From Fistulifera solaris (lineage: Eukaryota), in the NCBI GenBank assembly GCA_030295235.1, contig AP026164.1, positions 2,356,001-2,420,000 on the forward strand: 64,000 bases of DNA, read 5' to 3'. Below the pieces are notes generated by a model, which made no database searches, had not been told where the DNA came from, and saw only the letters and a list, made by a program, of their open reading frames with translations. A program made the translations under genes and the position numbers. Shown here in pieces: positions 24,104-36,350 of this stretch (position 1 is its first letter; the number at the start of each line of letters is the position of its first letter).

Positions 24104-25770
24104 CTACATGCGCCCCGAAAAATGGGCCATGTCGTGCGTCGTCGTTGTTGTTGTCGTCGGAACATCTTCCACTGCCGGCCAACGTGTCGTGACTTTGATG
24201 CGATTCGAAAAAAATTCCATACCACCATCACCGGTAATATCCATATCTCCGTATTTACTCAAGGTTCCGTACAAACCACCGAAACTAAAAGGTTCCCGAG
24301 GAACGGGAATGCCAATGTTGCATCTGTCAGAAACATGAAAGGATGAGTGAGATGACGACGACGATGACAACAACAACAACAACACACACGACCATTCATT
24401 CATTTTTTTACATACCCCAACATGGATGCCCGGAACCGTTCCAAAAACCATTCGGCATGACCTCCATTGGCCGTGTAAACACAGGCCGCATTCCCAAAGG
24501 GATTGGCATTTTCAATCCGAATCGCTTCCTCCCACGACGCACACTTGTACACCGACAAACATGGACCAAAGACTTCTTCCTTCATCATGGCATCGTTGCA
24601 CGATTGATGCAACACTATAGTGGGCCCAATCCATTGTCCACCACCTGGTTGATTCCAAGTACGACCATCCAACAAAAGAGTCGCTCCACATTGTTCGGTA
24701 GCTTCCTGAATGTACTTTTGAATCTTTTGATAGGAGCGTTGATCAATAACGGGTCCCATCTGTCCCGGATCAGTTCCTGGTTGAATGGCCGCCGCTTTCT
24801 TTACAATCAAATCCAACAAGTCCTGACTCTTGTTTTCGCCAATCAACAACAAGACGGATGCCGCCATACACCGTTGTCCGGCACATCCGGCAAAGGAGAC
24901 GACGATATCGGTCGCGGTCGATTCGAGGTGACACGTATCCGTCAAGGCCACCAAATGATTTTTAGCACCACCCAAGGCGGTACAGCGTTTGTGCAGGGCC
25001 CGACATTTCGATGCAACGGTCTTGGCAATGGGACTCGATCCCACAAACGTTACGGCTTGTACCATGGGATGTTGAATAAGAGATTGAATGACTTCGGGTT
25101 TGTTCGTCTGCAACATGGTCACGACACCGGGCGGAACGCCGGCTTGTTGCAACAATTCCGTGACCCGGTGCATCGTCATGGGAACTTTTTCCGATGGTTT
25201 CAAAATAAACGTATTGCCCATAACCAAGGCAATTGGTAAGGTCCAACACGGAACCATGAAGGGAAAATTGAATGGCACAATACTAACGACGACCCCGAGG
25301 GGTTTTCGACGATCGTGACAAACGACATGGCCACTGCTGACGGGCAATACTCGACCCGCTGCCAATTGCGGTAAACTGCAAGCATATTCGACCGTTTCAT
25401 TCCCTTTGGCGACGTCTGCTAATGCTTCCGTAATATTTTTACCATTTTCTTGTACAATCAGTTGCGCCAATTCTTGGGCGTGTTGACGCACGAGAGAATG
25501 GAATTGCATCAGAATGGCGGCCCGGGCTTTGATCGTCAAGGCACTCCACGCGGAAAAGGCCGCTTGTGCGGATGCGACCGCTGTTTCGACATCCGTGTTA
25601 TTGGAGACGGCGACATGCGCAATTGTAGCGCCATTCGTAGGATTGAGGACCGGAATGTATTCGTTCGAATGGGGTTTCACAAAGACGCCGTTGATGTAAT
25701 TGTCAATAGTGATCGGAACAATCTCTTCGTGTTCTTCCGTTACTTTCATCTTTTTGGGATTTGGAGTCAT
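24104..25770 (-). CDS. ALDH6A1: Methylmalonate/malonate-semialdehyde dehydrogenase (ALDH6 family)
   Basis: PFNFPFMVP, LKPSEKVP, FVGSS, LGGAKNH, GCAGQRCMA, EEVFGP, NIGIPVPREPFSFGG; intron 24324-24415. Confidence 0.92.
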
Positions 25771-25820
25771 CTCTTGAGTGTTGTTTGTGTAAGATCGATA
25801 TGTATGTATATATAATGTAG

Positions 25821-25849
25821 TGGAATGGAATGGAATGGAATGGAATGGA
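25821..25849. repeat. (TGGAA)n short tandem repeat
   Basis: About 6 pentamer units in the ALDH6 5' region. Confidence 0.85.
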
Positions 25850-26434
25850 GGATCGGATGATGATGATTATGATTCTCAGGAAGCTTTCTTGTGTGTCGTG
25901 TGTCATCGTCGTCTTTTATTGAGGTGTCGAAATTTCGAAAAACGTCGAGACAAAAACGGAATCTCACCTCGATGACGTCATTCTCGTCTGGCCGTGTCTC
26001 CCAAGAATATCATCGAGTTCGGCGGAACGCGGAACACACCATTGTACTCAAACACTGTATACATAGAGCGTCGTGGTCCTATTGTCTAAGTCAATGCCAA
26101 GACAAGACATGTCACGGTATTTTCACACTAATGAAAAACCATCTTCCGTCTGGAATCCCATCCAAGGAAGAACATACAATAGACCATTCACACGACGACG
26201 ACACGACGATGGTATGGTGTCTCTTTTATTAATTACAAAAGTTTTCCTTCTGCAATTGCGGCAAGCACGGCTGGAACGGGGATAAATAAATAACGATTTG
26301 TTATTCCGTATTCAATCCATTTCTATTAATCTCTTCCTTGTAACCTACAATCTAACGCGCGTTCGAGAGAGAGAGAGGAAAAAAAACAAACAAACACCCG
26401 ATTGGAATACAGTTTTTGACGCAACAAACACACA

Positions 26435-27299
26435 ATGAATCATCATCAACATCAACAACATCATTATCGCCGTCGTTTCGAAGATGTCAAACACGCCTTT
26501 CAACACACCGTTCGTTCTGCCATACAAGAGTTGCAAGAGCAACACGGGTTTTCGCACGAACATGCCGTACAAGCAGTGTTGCACGAATTAGTGCAAGGCA
26601 TTCGTATTGAAGATGAAATGGTACGTATCGAAGTACAACAACTCCGAGTATTCATGATGGACTTAGTACTATTGTGAAGGAACTTGTGTGTAAATACTCA
26701 TTATCTTTCATTCTGTTTGTCTTTCGCCACAGGTCTTTCCAGTCATGAAACAGCACGGTTTGTGTTGGGAAGATGCATTGCGGGCACTGGCGGTGTCCCG
26801 CGCGGTCGAGCAATTGACGCAAGAAACGCACTGTACCGTGACAGCCGTACAGCAATTGACGCAACGATTGCAAGCGGCCGAGCTTTGGAAACACCGGGGT
26901 AGTCGTGTACAAATTACGTCCTCACGCGATGTGCCGCGGAAGACGAGCCAGTCAGTGTCATGTTTACAACTCAATACCTTGTCTTCGAGTCAAGAAATTG
27001 TTACACGCACCAGTGACATGCTCATGAAACACCGAGACAAGCAACAACTACCACCCATCGTCGAAAGCACATCGTCGTTGCCCATTCCGGCCGAAATTAC
27101 TGCCGATTTTGATATTACTACTACTTCTACTACTTCTACTCATAATAACAACAACAATATTGAAGAGATCAAGACGAAAAGCAGTGCGGCCAAGACAGTA
27201 GCACGCAAACCCACCACCAAGCCGGAGTCGAATCGGAAGCGTGCCGCGAAACGGAGTCGGGAACACGAAGAGGAATGCAGTGCCAAACGATCTTGCTAA
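26435..27299 (+). CDS. Hypothetical protein with basic C-terminal NLS-like tail
   Basis: Two exons joined in frame by GT-AG intron 26621-26732; internally repeated helical motif (EQHGFSHEHAVQAV / KQHGLCWEDALRAL); RKRAAKRSR. Confidence 0.6.
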
Positions 27300-27365
27300 A
27301 GTATGTAGTAGTAGAAGTAGTAGAATCGAATAAGATTAATAGCATAGTAGAGGGTTCATTCTCAT

Positions 27366-29325
27366 TTAGGAGCCGTACTTGATCAAGCCGAAAATAGATT
27401 TCAACTTGCCCATCCAACTTTCGTCATACATGAGTCCCACCAGCGCATTGGCAAAGCCAATCCCCTTCTCCTTGTCAATGGGGTAACTCAAAGGCGGTGG
27501 AATGGAAGTACGGATCAAGGACGGGAAACGATCCACCAAAATCGAACGCTCCAAACACAAGGCTTGCAAGCCTTCCGGACCCGCGAATCGCCCAAATCCC
27601 GAATCCTTGACACCACCAAAGGGCAAGGCTTGGACCAAATAGTTCGATCCAAAGTCATTGACACAAAACATACCGGTCCGAAATTGGCGGCCCATGGCGA
27701 GTCCCCGCGATTGGTCGCCACAAAAGACACTGGATCCCAAGCCAAAGTCACATTGATTCACCAAATCAATGCAATTGCAATCGTCGTCCTTCGGGACTTT
27801 GATGACCGTCATGATGGGACCAAAGGCTTCTTCTCGAAACAAACGCATGTCGGGTGTTACGTCGGCCACAATGGTGGGCTCGTAAAATTGTAATCCCGCC
27901 GTATTACGTTTCCCGCCACAAATCACACGCGCCCCTTTCGCCACGGCATCATCGACCAAGGCTTGGATAATGTCCAATTGCTCTTCTGTCACCATGGATC
28001 CGCAATCGACGGCACCACTGTTGGAAGGACACGTCGCCAACGGCACACCTTGACGCAATTGCTTGACCATGGGGGCAATGCCTTGCAAGAATTCCTCATA
28101 GATGGATTCGTATACCAACACGCGTTCAATTCCGACACAATTTTGACCACAATTCTGATAACAGCCCCGCATCACCCACGGATACACATCATTCAATTGG
28201 ACATCATCTACTATCACCATGGCATCTTTGCCACCCAATTCCAAAATGACGGGTTTCCAAAAAGTGTGACGCCGTTTCCATGACTTTGCGTCCAATGCCC
28301 GGCGAACCGGTAAAAATGACCTTATCGACCAAGGGATCCGAACACAGGGCGGCCCCGGCTTGGGCAAATCCGGTAATGGTTTGACACACATCGGGATTGT
28401 GACCATTCACTTCCAAGGCGCGCCGAACGATACGGGTAAAGTATTGCGAACTCCACGACGTATGTTCCGAGACTTTGCCCACGACCGCATTGCCCGCAAA
28501 GAGACCCGAGAGAATGTGATTGACGAAATTGTGGAAACTGAAGAACGAGAACGAAGAGAAGACGTTTGTTCAGGTCAGTTGATAGTACAGGACACAGAAA
28601 CAGGAGCACACCTCCAAGACTTACGGATAATTCCACGGCGCAATGGGTGCAATGACACCGAGTGGTACATATTCAACAAAGGCGACTTTGTGCATCATGA
28701 GAGGCCCCGTTGGACGATACGAAGGTTGCAACCACAATTCGCCCCACGCGTTTAAAGTCCGAATTTTTTCCGTTGTCGTGAGAATCTCACCCAAACAGGC
28801 ATCGACTAGGGGTTTTCCGGAATCTCGAGAAGAAACCCGACAAATATCGTGCACATGATGCACAATGTAACGCTGCAACGTCCGCAAGACGCGACGGCGT
28901 TCGGCAAAGGTCGTTTTGGACCATTCCTTTTGTGCCGCGGCGGCTTTAACGCAAGCTTCATGGACATCTTGGGCATTCATGGCTTTGACTTGTCCCAAAT
29001 ATTGACCTGTCGATGGATCAAAGCATTGAATGAATCCAGGATGTTGCGGATCGTGCAACGATCTCTTGTTCTCGGTAGAACGAGGAGGAGGAGGAGAAGA
29101 AGAAACACCATCATCGCGGGTTTCGGCGTCCGTCATTTCGACATTCATCATAGGAACGGGTCGCAAAAATTCGAGCATGATTTTCAGGTGATACCAGACA
29201 TTCCAACTTTGCAATTGACGAAGGATCAGGAAGACAAGGAGACTACCAAGCAACCAAGTGAATGTTGTCGAAGACTCCACTATGGATGCAACAGCGGGAC
29301 ATTCTCCGTCTTTCCTATCCGTCAT
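27366..29325 (-). CDS. Aldehyde dehydrogenase, ALDH22/Msc7-like, with N-terminal TM
   Basis: IQCFDPSTG, APWNYP|FHN across intron 28538-28624, FTGSPGIG, LELGGKD, QNCGQNCVG, EEAFGP, PFGGVKDSGFGRFAGPEGL; frameshifts near 28260 and 28400. Confidence 0.88.
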
Positions 29326-29579
29326 GTTCACTTGATAACAAACTATAATAGTTACGAAAATAGCCTGTTAGGTACGCTCAATGAGGCACTTGAGATGATA
29401 TGCAACACTTGCGCGATCGGTTGTGTTGCCTTTATTTATTTTATCATTAATGGCTCCTCCGTCATTGTTTTGGCTGTCGCACCGTTTCCGAAATAAGAAC
29501 GGTAAGGGGCTATACAAGTATCGTTCACCATTGCTTTTTTTAACACATTCTTTTCAATTAATTTTAACAACAAGCGTAT

Positions 29580-31179
29580 AATCACGGAGTACTGGATCGT
29601 GTTTTTCGTTTCCCACTGCGCAACGCCCTCTTGGACGACAGAATGGGAACGGACAATGTTTTCTTCTTCAGCGGGTGTTGTCTTGGCTTTTACGGGAGTT
29701 GTCTTGGAAGATGGCTTGGTCTTCTTGGTAGTAGGACTGTTCTTCTTTTTTATTTCCTTGACATCACTCAAGTTGAACAAGTTTGAAACATTTTCCCAAA
29801 ATCCTGTTCGTCCTCCTTTCTCCGCGGGTGCTTCCTTTACCATAATATCACTGGACTGGGCCTGCGGATTCACTATGAGTATGTTTGTGGCAAAATGGTG
29901 AGTCGATGTTTCATCGACGTCAGCATTGCTTTCAAAACTCACCATCGACTGCGGCTTTCTTTTGATCATAGGCTTCCTTTTCCACCTTGTAGACAGCATG
30001 TTCCTGTTGGGCGATTTCCTCATACGGTTGTTTGTCGTGTGGTGTCATGGTTGCCCATCGTTCTCCCAACAGACGCATGATTTCTTGGGGAGAAGCGGCG
30101 GGAAATTGCGCCTTGAGAGTTTGACGCACTTGCGCATCGGAATTGAAGACGAGAAAGGCCGTCTTGGGGCGTTTTGGTGCATTGGGGTCTTTCGGACGGC
30201 GGGGACTTTTTTCCAGTTTCTTGTCGTTCGTTTTCTGAAACATTGTGGAGACGAGCATTTTGAGTGGTGGATATTAACCGAGCACACAAGTTGAATACAG
30301 ATAACGAACTACATACCTCTACATGTTCCGCTTCATCTCCTTTCTTACTGGCTTGATATGCGGCCGACTCGATCTTGTACTGCTCCTTCAACGCTGTTTC
30401 TTTGTCCAAGTAAGGTTGTTTTTGCGCTTCCGTGTACACATTTTTCCACAAATGCGACACGAGAACCATAACTTCGGTGGAAGACATTTGGGGATTGGCT
30501 TGACTGAGTTCGGCACGTTTTTCGTTTTGAAACAACAGATAGGCCGATTTCGGTCGTTTGGGGGCATGAGGATCTCTTTTGGCTCTTTTGCGGCCCGTCG
30601 TCGAGACAGCTTCCGAGGAACGTTTCGAAGTTGGTGTCTTGTTAGCCACTTGGACTCCTCGGGGAGGTGTCCGTGCCGCCGTGGAAGGAGTCGTCGTTTT
30701 CGCCGACTTTTTCGTCGGTGATGCCGTCTTCTTGGTAGCGGTAATCCTTGCCGGGGAGAGTTTCGTCGATCCATTGAGATTCTTGGGAGGTAGAGCATAC
30801 AAATTGGCTTTCTCGGTCTTTTTTTGCCGGAGATTTCGTGGCTTTTGCTGGTGTGGCGGCTGTGATGTGTGTAGAATGATATTGTGTGAGTGTACTACAT
30901 GAGGACGCCGGCATTTCTGTCACACCTCAAACAGAATGACTTACGCTTTTCTACTTCAGTATTCACTTCTTCTTCTTCTTCTTCTTCTTCTTCTGCGACA
31001 GAACTCGTGAAATCCAGCCACCTTCCTAATTTAATGGTCTTGAGCAAAATCAGAACCGCGAGAAGACCAAAAATGATGGAAAAATAAAACCCCAAAATTG
31101 ACCACAACGCTGACTCCGATTTGGCGCTCGTCATGTCCAGTTCGGTCAATACTTGTTCCGTTCGAATGTCTTGTACCAT
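29580..31179 (-). CDS. Double HMG-box protein with N-terminal hydrophobic (TM-like) segment
   Basis: HMG boxes RDPHAPKRPKSAYLLF..W..KQPY and KDPNAPKRPKTAFLVF..LGERW..KQPY; introns 30860-30944, 30235-30316, ~29876-29943; C-terminal frame uncertain. Confidence 0.75.
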
Positions 31180-31875
31180 TTTGATGAATACTTTGTATAT
31201 AGTACGGAGTAGTAAACGGCACGTTATTCAATGGATGATTGATGGTATGATTGGTAGACAAATAATATGCAACGGGCGAGGTGCGGTGCGGCGCTGGACA
31301 AACGAAAGTGACTGCTCCGCGCCCAACAGTGATCGCATTTGCAGCCGTTGAATTCCATGAAATCAATCAATTTTACTATTCAATGCCATGTGGCTGTAAA
31401 AATCCTACGTGGAAGGATGTAGCTCGTTCATCCGTTCAAAACTTCAAAATGGATGACAGGTTAACTAAAAACCTTGTTCTGGTACTCATTATAAGAGAGT
31501 CCGTAGAATATCGGAACTCGGAACGCTTGCCGAGTGTCTGATAACACTGTGACAAGGCGTGCTATTCCGTTTACCCGCCTCAATTTGTGTTTCGTACTAC
31601 GTATCTATTATGGAAGTAGAACCGCTACAAGTAGAACAATACTTAGCTCGAGATATTCGATCTTGGTTTGACCTTAGCTCATTATTTATTTGTTGTGTGG
31701 GCGCGTTGAGCGACGTTGATCACGACAAAGTGTGTTTTACGGAGTATTTATTATCAAACAAACTGGAAAGCTTCACAAAGAAAAGGAGACAGTGCAATAG
31801 ATCTGGTAGTGGAAAGGGATTCATTCAGTTCCATACGAACAGCTGTTGCGTCAATTGGGAGGCAAACAAATCAGA

Positions 31876-34800
31876 ATGACAGATGATTTCGAATTCGACG
31901 ACTTTGACGACGACGACGACGACGATGATGATGATGATGACAGAGGGCGCAATTTTCATGCAAAAGAAGAAAAGAAGATTGAGCTTACGTCGCACATGAA
32001 GCCCACGGCGGGTCCGAAGAGACGTGTCAATTTGAACCGTGACAGGATTCCGGAAGGAAGTAGTGAGGTTGAATCATCGTCGCCGTCACTTATTTCTTCT
32101 GTCGGCCACAAGCATTCATTGATTGACGATTCGGGGAACCAGAAATGCAGCCAAACAAGCCGAGAATACAATCCTAACTTGACAACAAATGAAGAAAGCT
32201 CAGAGCATTCCATGACATGTGGGCCACCTTTCGATGACGAGTCACAATCGCAATTCACTTTGTCGCCCGGCAAACGAGTTCATTTTTCCAACAAAGATGA
32301 CGTTTCACATGCTGATTCTTTCAATAATCTGAACGATGCTCCTACCGATAGCGGGGCGTCCGATCTTTCCGTCAGTCAAAGTACCAAGGATCCCATCGAA
32401 TCGATTTCCACCAAATCCACTTCGTCCGGCGCCAACACACAATCGCAATCGACGGAAGTTTCCTCGACACGGAAATCACAGACGGCGGAAGCCTCGTCTA
32501 CTCAACAATCTTCGTGGCAAGGTAATGAGCCGGGCACGTATCCACGAGACACGAAGCGATCACCCGTCAAGACTGACAATGGGGGGAAACGATCCAAGGG
32601 TTCAAGAGACAAAGCGTGGATGAAGGAGCTCGATGACCATCCAGAAAAGCCGCGAAAGAGGCGAATTGTGGCGCGTCCACTCTTTGAAAGGCACAACCTT
32701 ATCGGGTCAATCGGACGAAGTTCTCAGTCGCTACGGGAGGCCGGCAGCTCTCAACTGTTACATGATGAATTTGTACACATGTGCGGCACTTTAGAAAGAA
32801 GCCTGTCACCCAGAGGTCCGGATCAAGAACAGTTAGAGGTAGCTTCGCAATTGCTGCATCTCTTGTCAACACTAGAAAATCGCCGCGCCCTATTCTTGGA
32901 GGGTCAGGTTATACGAAAAGGGGAAGACTCACCTCTGGAAGCTCTTTTGAATTTGATCGGAACGCTCGACGATCTCAATGCTTTGGAGTTGAAGGATTCG
33001 GAAAACAATCTGGTAGTGAAGCGTAGTGATAGCAAATCTCAACAGTTTTTGGATACAATGGGCATGATTGTGTATTTGTTGGCTTTTGACTGCACGGTCT
33101 CCGATGAGGGTATTTCGGAAGCTTCGGCGCGCAACGCTCGAGATATCCGTCACGAGATTATAGCTCACCCTAATGCTTTGAGAGGAATACTCTGTCTTAT
33201 AAGAATCGATCCCATAGTGTCCAGCTTAAGAGCGAATAATGCAGAAGCTTGCGGTGGTGTACAAAACATGCCCTTCGAATCGTCTCCAGGGAACTCTTCA
33301 TCTGGAAGCGTCGCGGCCTCGACAGTTTCGTCTTCACATTCCGTTGCAGACCCCACAAAGATGGGCCGTTTCCGAAAAAGAAGGCGGCAGCTGTTTAATG
33401 ACGAATTGTGTCCCGTTCCTGAACAAGCTGTTGCGGAGGCACCTGGAACGTCGAATAGGACGGGAAGGAAGTTTGTACCCGATTCGACGAGAAAAAGTGA
33501 TGACGATTCGGAATTTGATTTTGATGATACGCCACCCAAGAAACAAACCACGCCGGTCAAACAAAAGCTGGATAAAATAAGTTCACGTGTCATTGACTCG
33601 CTCCCCTCTCCAAGTTCGACAGCCGACACGACACCAATGCATACCTGTTCGATTCCTATATTACCCGAGCATCGAATCGTAGGGGATGCTTCACATTCGA
33701 TTCCGCTGATCGCACTTGGTAGAATCGTTAGCGGAAAAACGGAATGGTGCGAGAAATCCTGTTTGGATATGGAAGTTTCCAACGAACACGCCAGAGAGTT
33801 TGGCGCCAATTCATCTCTTCGCGAACCCAACCCCGATGAGGAGGGACTAGAAGATGACGACAATCCACTTCTTCAAACCAACAATTTGCTGGGAAAAAGC
33901 GGGTGCCTCCCTCTTCTGTCACGAGCGCTATGTGAAACTCTCGCAGCGATTCTCTGGGTACTCGACAAGCGCTATCCTTGTCGGCCGTGCATTTCCTATC
34001 TATACGACAAATTTTCCTCACTCACGGCTTTGGTGGATGATGCTTGTCTGATGAACGACGGGAACCGTGAGCAGCTCTGTCGAGAAGGGTATGCGTCGGA
34101 ATTCGACTGCAGCCTTGTGGCTAGTCTAACGTCGTTTCTTCGGGTGCTGCACAACAAGAACCTGATTTTTTGATGGAAGGGCCAATTTCAAAAATAGGAT
34201 ATGGGACGAAATGGTACTAGAAACACTTCGGTCGTTAACGAGCTTGACACACGAAAATAATTATGCAGCAAAGGAAATATTGAAGAGGAAGCTAAAGAGT
34301 CGATTTGATAAAGAGAATATTGACGAGACGTCTTTGGAAGTCATTTCGAAAGTTTTACATGCTGCCGCTTCTCGAGGTACAAACCCCGATGCTTATTCCT
34401 CCCAGAACAAAAAGATTCGATACGACTCCGTTATCTTTTGTTTGAATATCCTTACGAACTGCATGGAAAGTAGCGTGGGTTTAAATCTGTCCACGTCGCT
34501 TTTATTGGTCACGGTTCCAGTCAAGACGAATGGGCCTGTAATTAGATCCAGCGATACGACAAGCTTTATCAGTTGGCTGACCCAATGGCTTGTTGGGCAA
34601 ACGGAAAGCTTTCGCGACGCAATATGCGCGTTTGGATCGGAGTCGACACATTCCCAGAAAAGGTTAGAGGCCAGCGAGAACGACCAGCTGGTCACAGCCG
34701 GCAACGGCATTGTTTTACTTGCATCCATTCTAGCGCTCTCGGCCGACAACCCAACGAGTTCCCCCGATACCTTCAAACAAAGCGTTCACGATTTGATTTT

Positions 34801-35011
34801 GACCAATCTACCCGGAAATGACTACCAATCCAAAGTTTTGTTTGTGAAGAATCTCCTGACTGTGTTCTGTAACTTTTATCAAGTCTCCATCGGGGATCTG
34901 AGTGTTGCCGTCACGGGCCCTGTCAAGGCATTGATCCGAAAATTGGATAATCTATCACTTCCCGCCTCAAAGCGTTTGTTGACCGATTCTTGTGCATATT
35001 TGTCTTTGTAG
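31876..35011 (+). CDS. WAPL: Wings apart-like (WAPL) cohesin release factor
   Basis: Disordered N-terminus, then LREAGSSQLLHDEF, LRSLTSLTHEN, CLNILTNCME, GNGIVLLASIL, LTVFCNF resembling WAPL-domain motifs; frameshift in T-run ~34165. Confidence 0.68.
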
Positions 35012-35440
35012 GATTGGACGGAACTTGTGTGGGTCTATCATTTGGTGAAGCAAGCAAACATGTCCGCAATGACGTCTAATATGATCGTGCTCGAACTTTG
35101 GCTGTGGAAGTGGCCTCATTTTGCCGAAGCATTGCGTCATGACGTGAAGAATGTCGTCGGTGTAAACGCGGCGGTATGCATGGTGGAAAGTTGTGTGACG
35201 AGAAAAAAATTGAATTGCAAAAAGTGGAACGACTGTGCAAGTGTATCGTGCCTTGTTGGGCGATCCGAGCGATGAAGATACGCAAGCGAATCTACGCAAA
35301 ATGCAAAGGCAAGTTCGATTGTTATCTCATTGCCAGGTCATCCCCGAGATGATCGGAATGACAAATGTCGGCGCTGGGTTGGCTCCTCCAGCCAAACGGC
35401 TATTTCTGTCATACCGACAAGACCGGTGATGACGACGGTT
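35012..35440 (+). pseudogene. Class I SAM-dependent methyltransferase fragment (disrupted)
   Basis: IVLEL/GCGSG../FAEALRHDVKNVVGVNAA..MVE readable across frameshifts; begins after an acceptor-like tttgtag; no clear start. Confidence 0.4.
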
Positions 35441-35824
35441 TTAACGACGGAAAACGCTCAGAAATGTCTACGACAAAATAAGCCGGGCTACTAGAGATGG
35501 TTTCGACGAGCGTCGTCACGTGCAATATCCAGCCCGCGGGCGATATGTCTTTTTCGGCATTGCACAAAAAAAACGCTACGGTCGCATGCATTGCCTGTGA
35601 ATTTGATGTACCTTCTATCGACGATTATTCCAAGTAATTTACTCATTTTTCAAGCTTTGATAGTTGACTACCAAATAATATTTTTACAAAAAGCTTTATT
35701 TCAATACCTGGTATCATTATTTCTGCATTTATGCATTTATTCATTTATTCTTTAGATCCGCAGCTGGCTGGAAACTGGAAAGTCAGCTTGCCTTTTGCGA
35801 GCCTTTTTTCTTGCTTCCCTCTCC

Positions 35825-35975
35825 ATCTGTGAATGCGGTGTTTTTACGTATTCAGAAAATCTGGAGACGTTGTGTTTTTACGTTTCCAGAAAATCTGGAT
35901 ATGTTGTGATAAACATTCCCAGAAAATCTGGAAACGTAGTTTTTTCTAATTCACAGAAAATCTGTGTATGCGGTG
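35825..35975. repeat. Degenerate 33-34 bp tandem array of hairpin units
   Basis: Core CAGAAAATCTG at 35853, 35887, 35920, 35954; array bounded by ATCTGTG(A/T)ATGCGGTG copies. Confidence 0.8.
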
Positions 35976-36010
35976 TAGTAGCTGCGGGCTAATTGACTAC
36001 CGTACCAGTA

Positions 36011-36096
36011 CCGGGGAAGGACGTTAAAATTCTGCCTCCCAGTACAAGGTTCTACGTAGCGTCCACGACGAGGCAGAATTTTAACGCCGTTTCCGG
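36011..36096. repeat. Inverted repeat (17 bp perfect, ~27 bp imperfect arms)
   Basis: CGTTAAAATTCTGCCTC (36022-36038) and GAGGCAGAATTTTAACG (36070-36086). Confidence 0.8.
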
Positions 36097-36350
36097 GGTC
36101 AGTACGAACCGTTGCGTAGACGTTACTTCGAAGCCAAAACGCAATCACAGTCGTTCGAAAATTCGCCAACCGTACCTGGTACTGGCACCTGGTACTGGTA
36201 CCAACATACCGAATAAATTCCATTTCCATTGATTTTAGTATCATCATCCAGCGACTCAATCTGTTGGAATCAAAAGAAATGGCAGTATACTAGTAAGTCA
36301 AAGGATACGACTAAGAAGAAAAGGATCTACAAGTCTGAAGATGCTAGAAG

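Noticed and set aside
24343..25239. Long antisense ORFs (also 1347-2108, 28849-29496, 57988-58596)
   Set aside because: Shadows of conserved genes on the opposite strand, with no motifs of their own
25821..25849. (TGGAA)n as satellite or telomeric repeat
   Set aside because: Only ~6 units; equivalent to the CATT/CCATT-type simple repeats seen in other 5' regions of this window
24104..29325. Two neighbouring ALDH genes as a metabolic cluster
   Set aside because: Distant families (ALDH6 and ALDH22-like), separated by an unrelated gene, with no other pathway genes nearby
35825..35975. CRISPR-like array
   Set aside because: Eukaryotic context, spacers only ~9 nt and similar to each other, no cas genes
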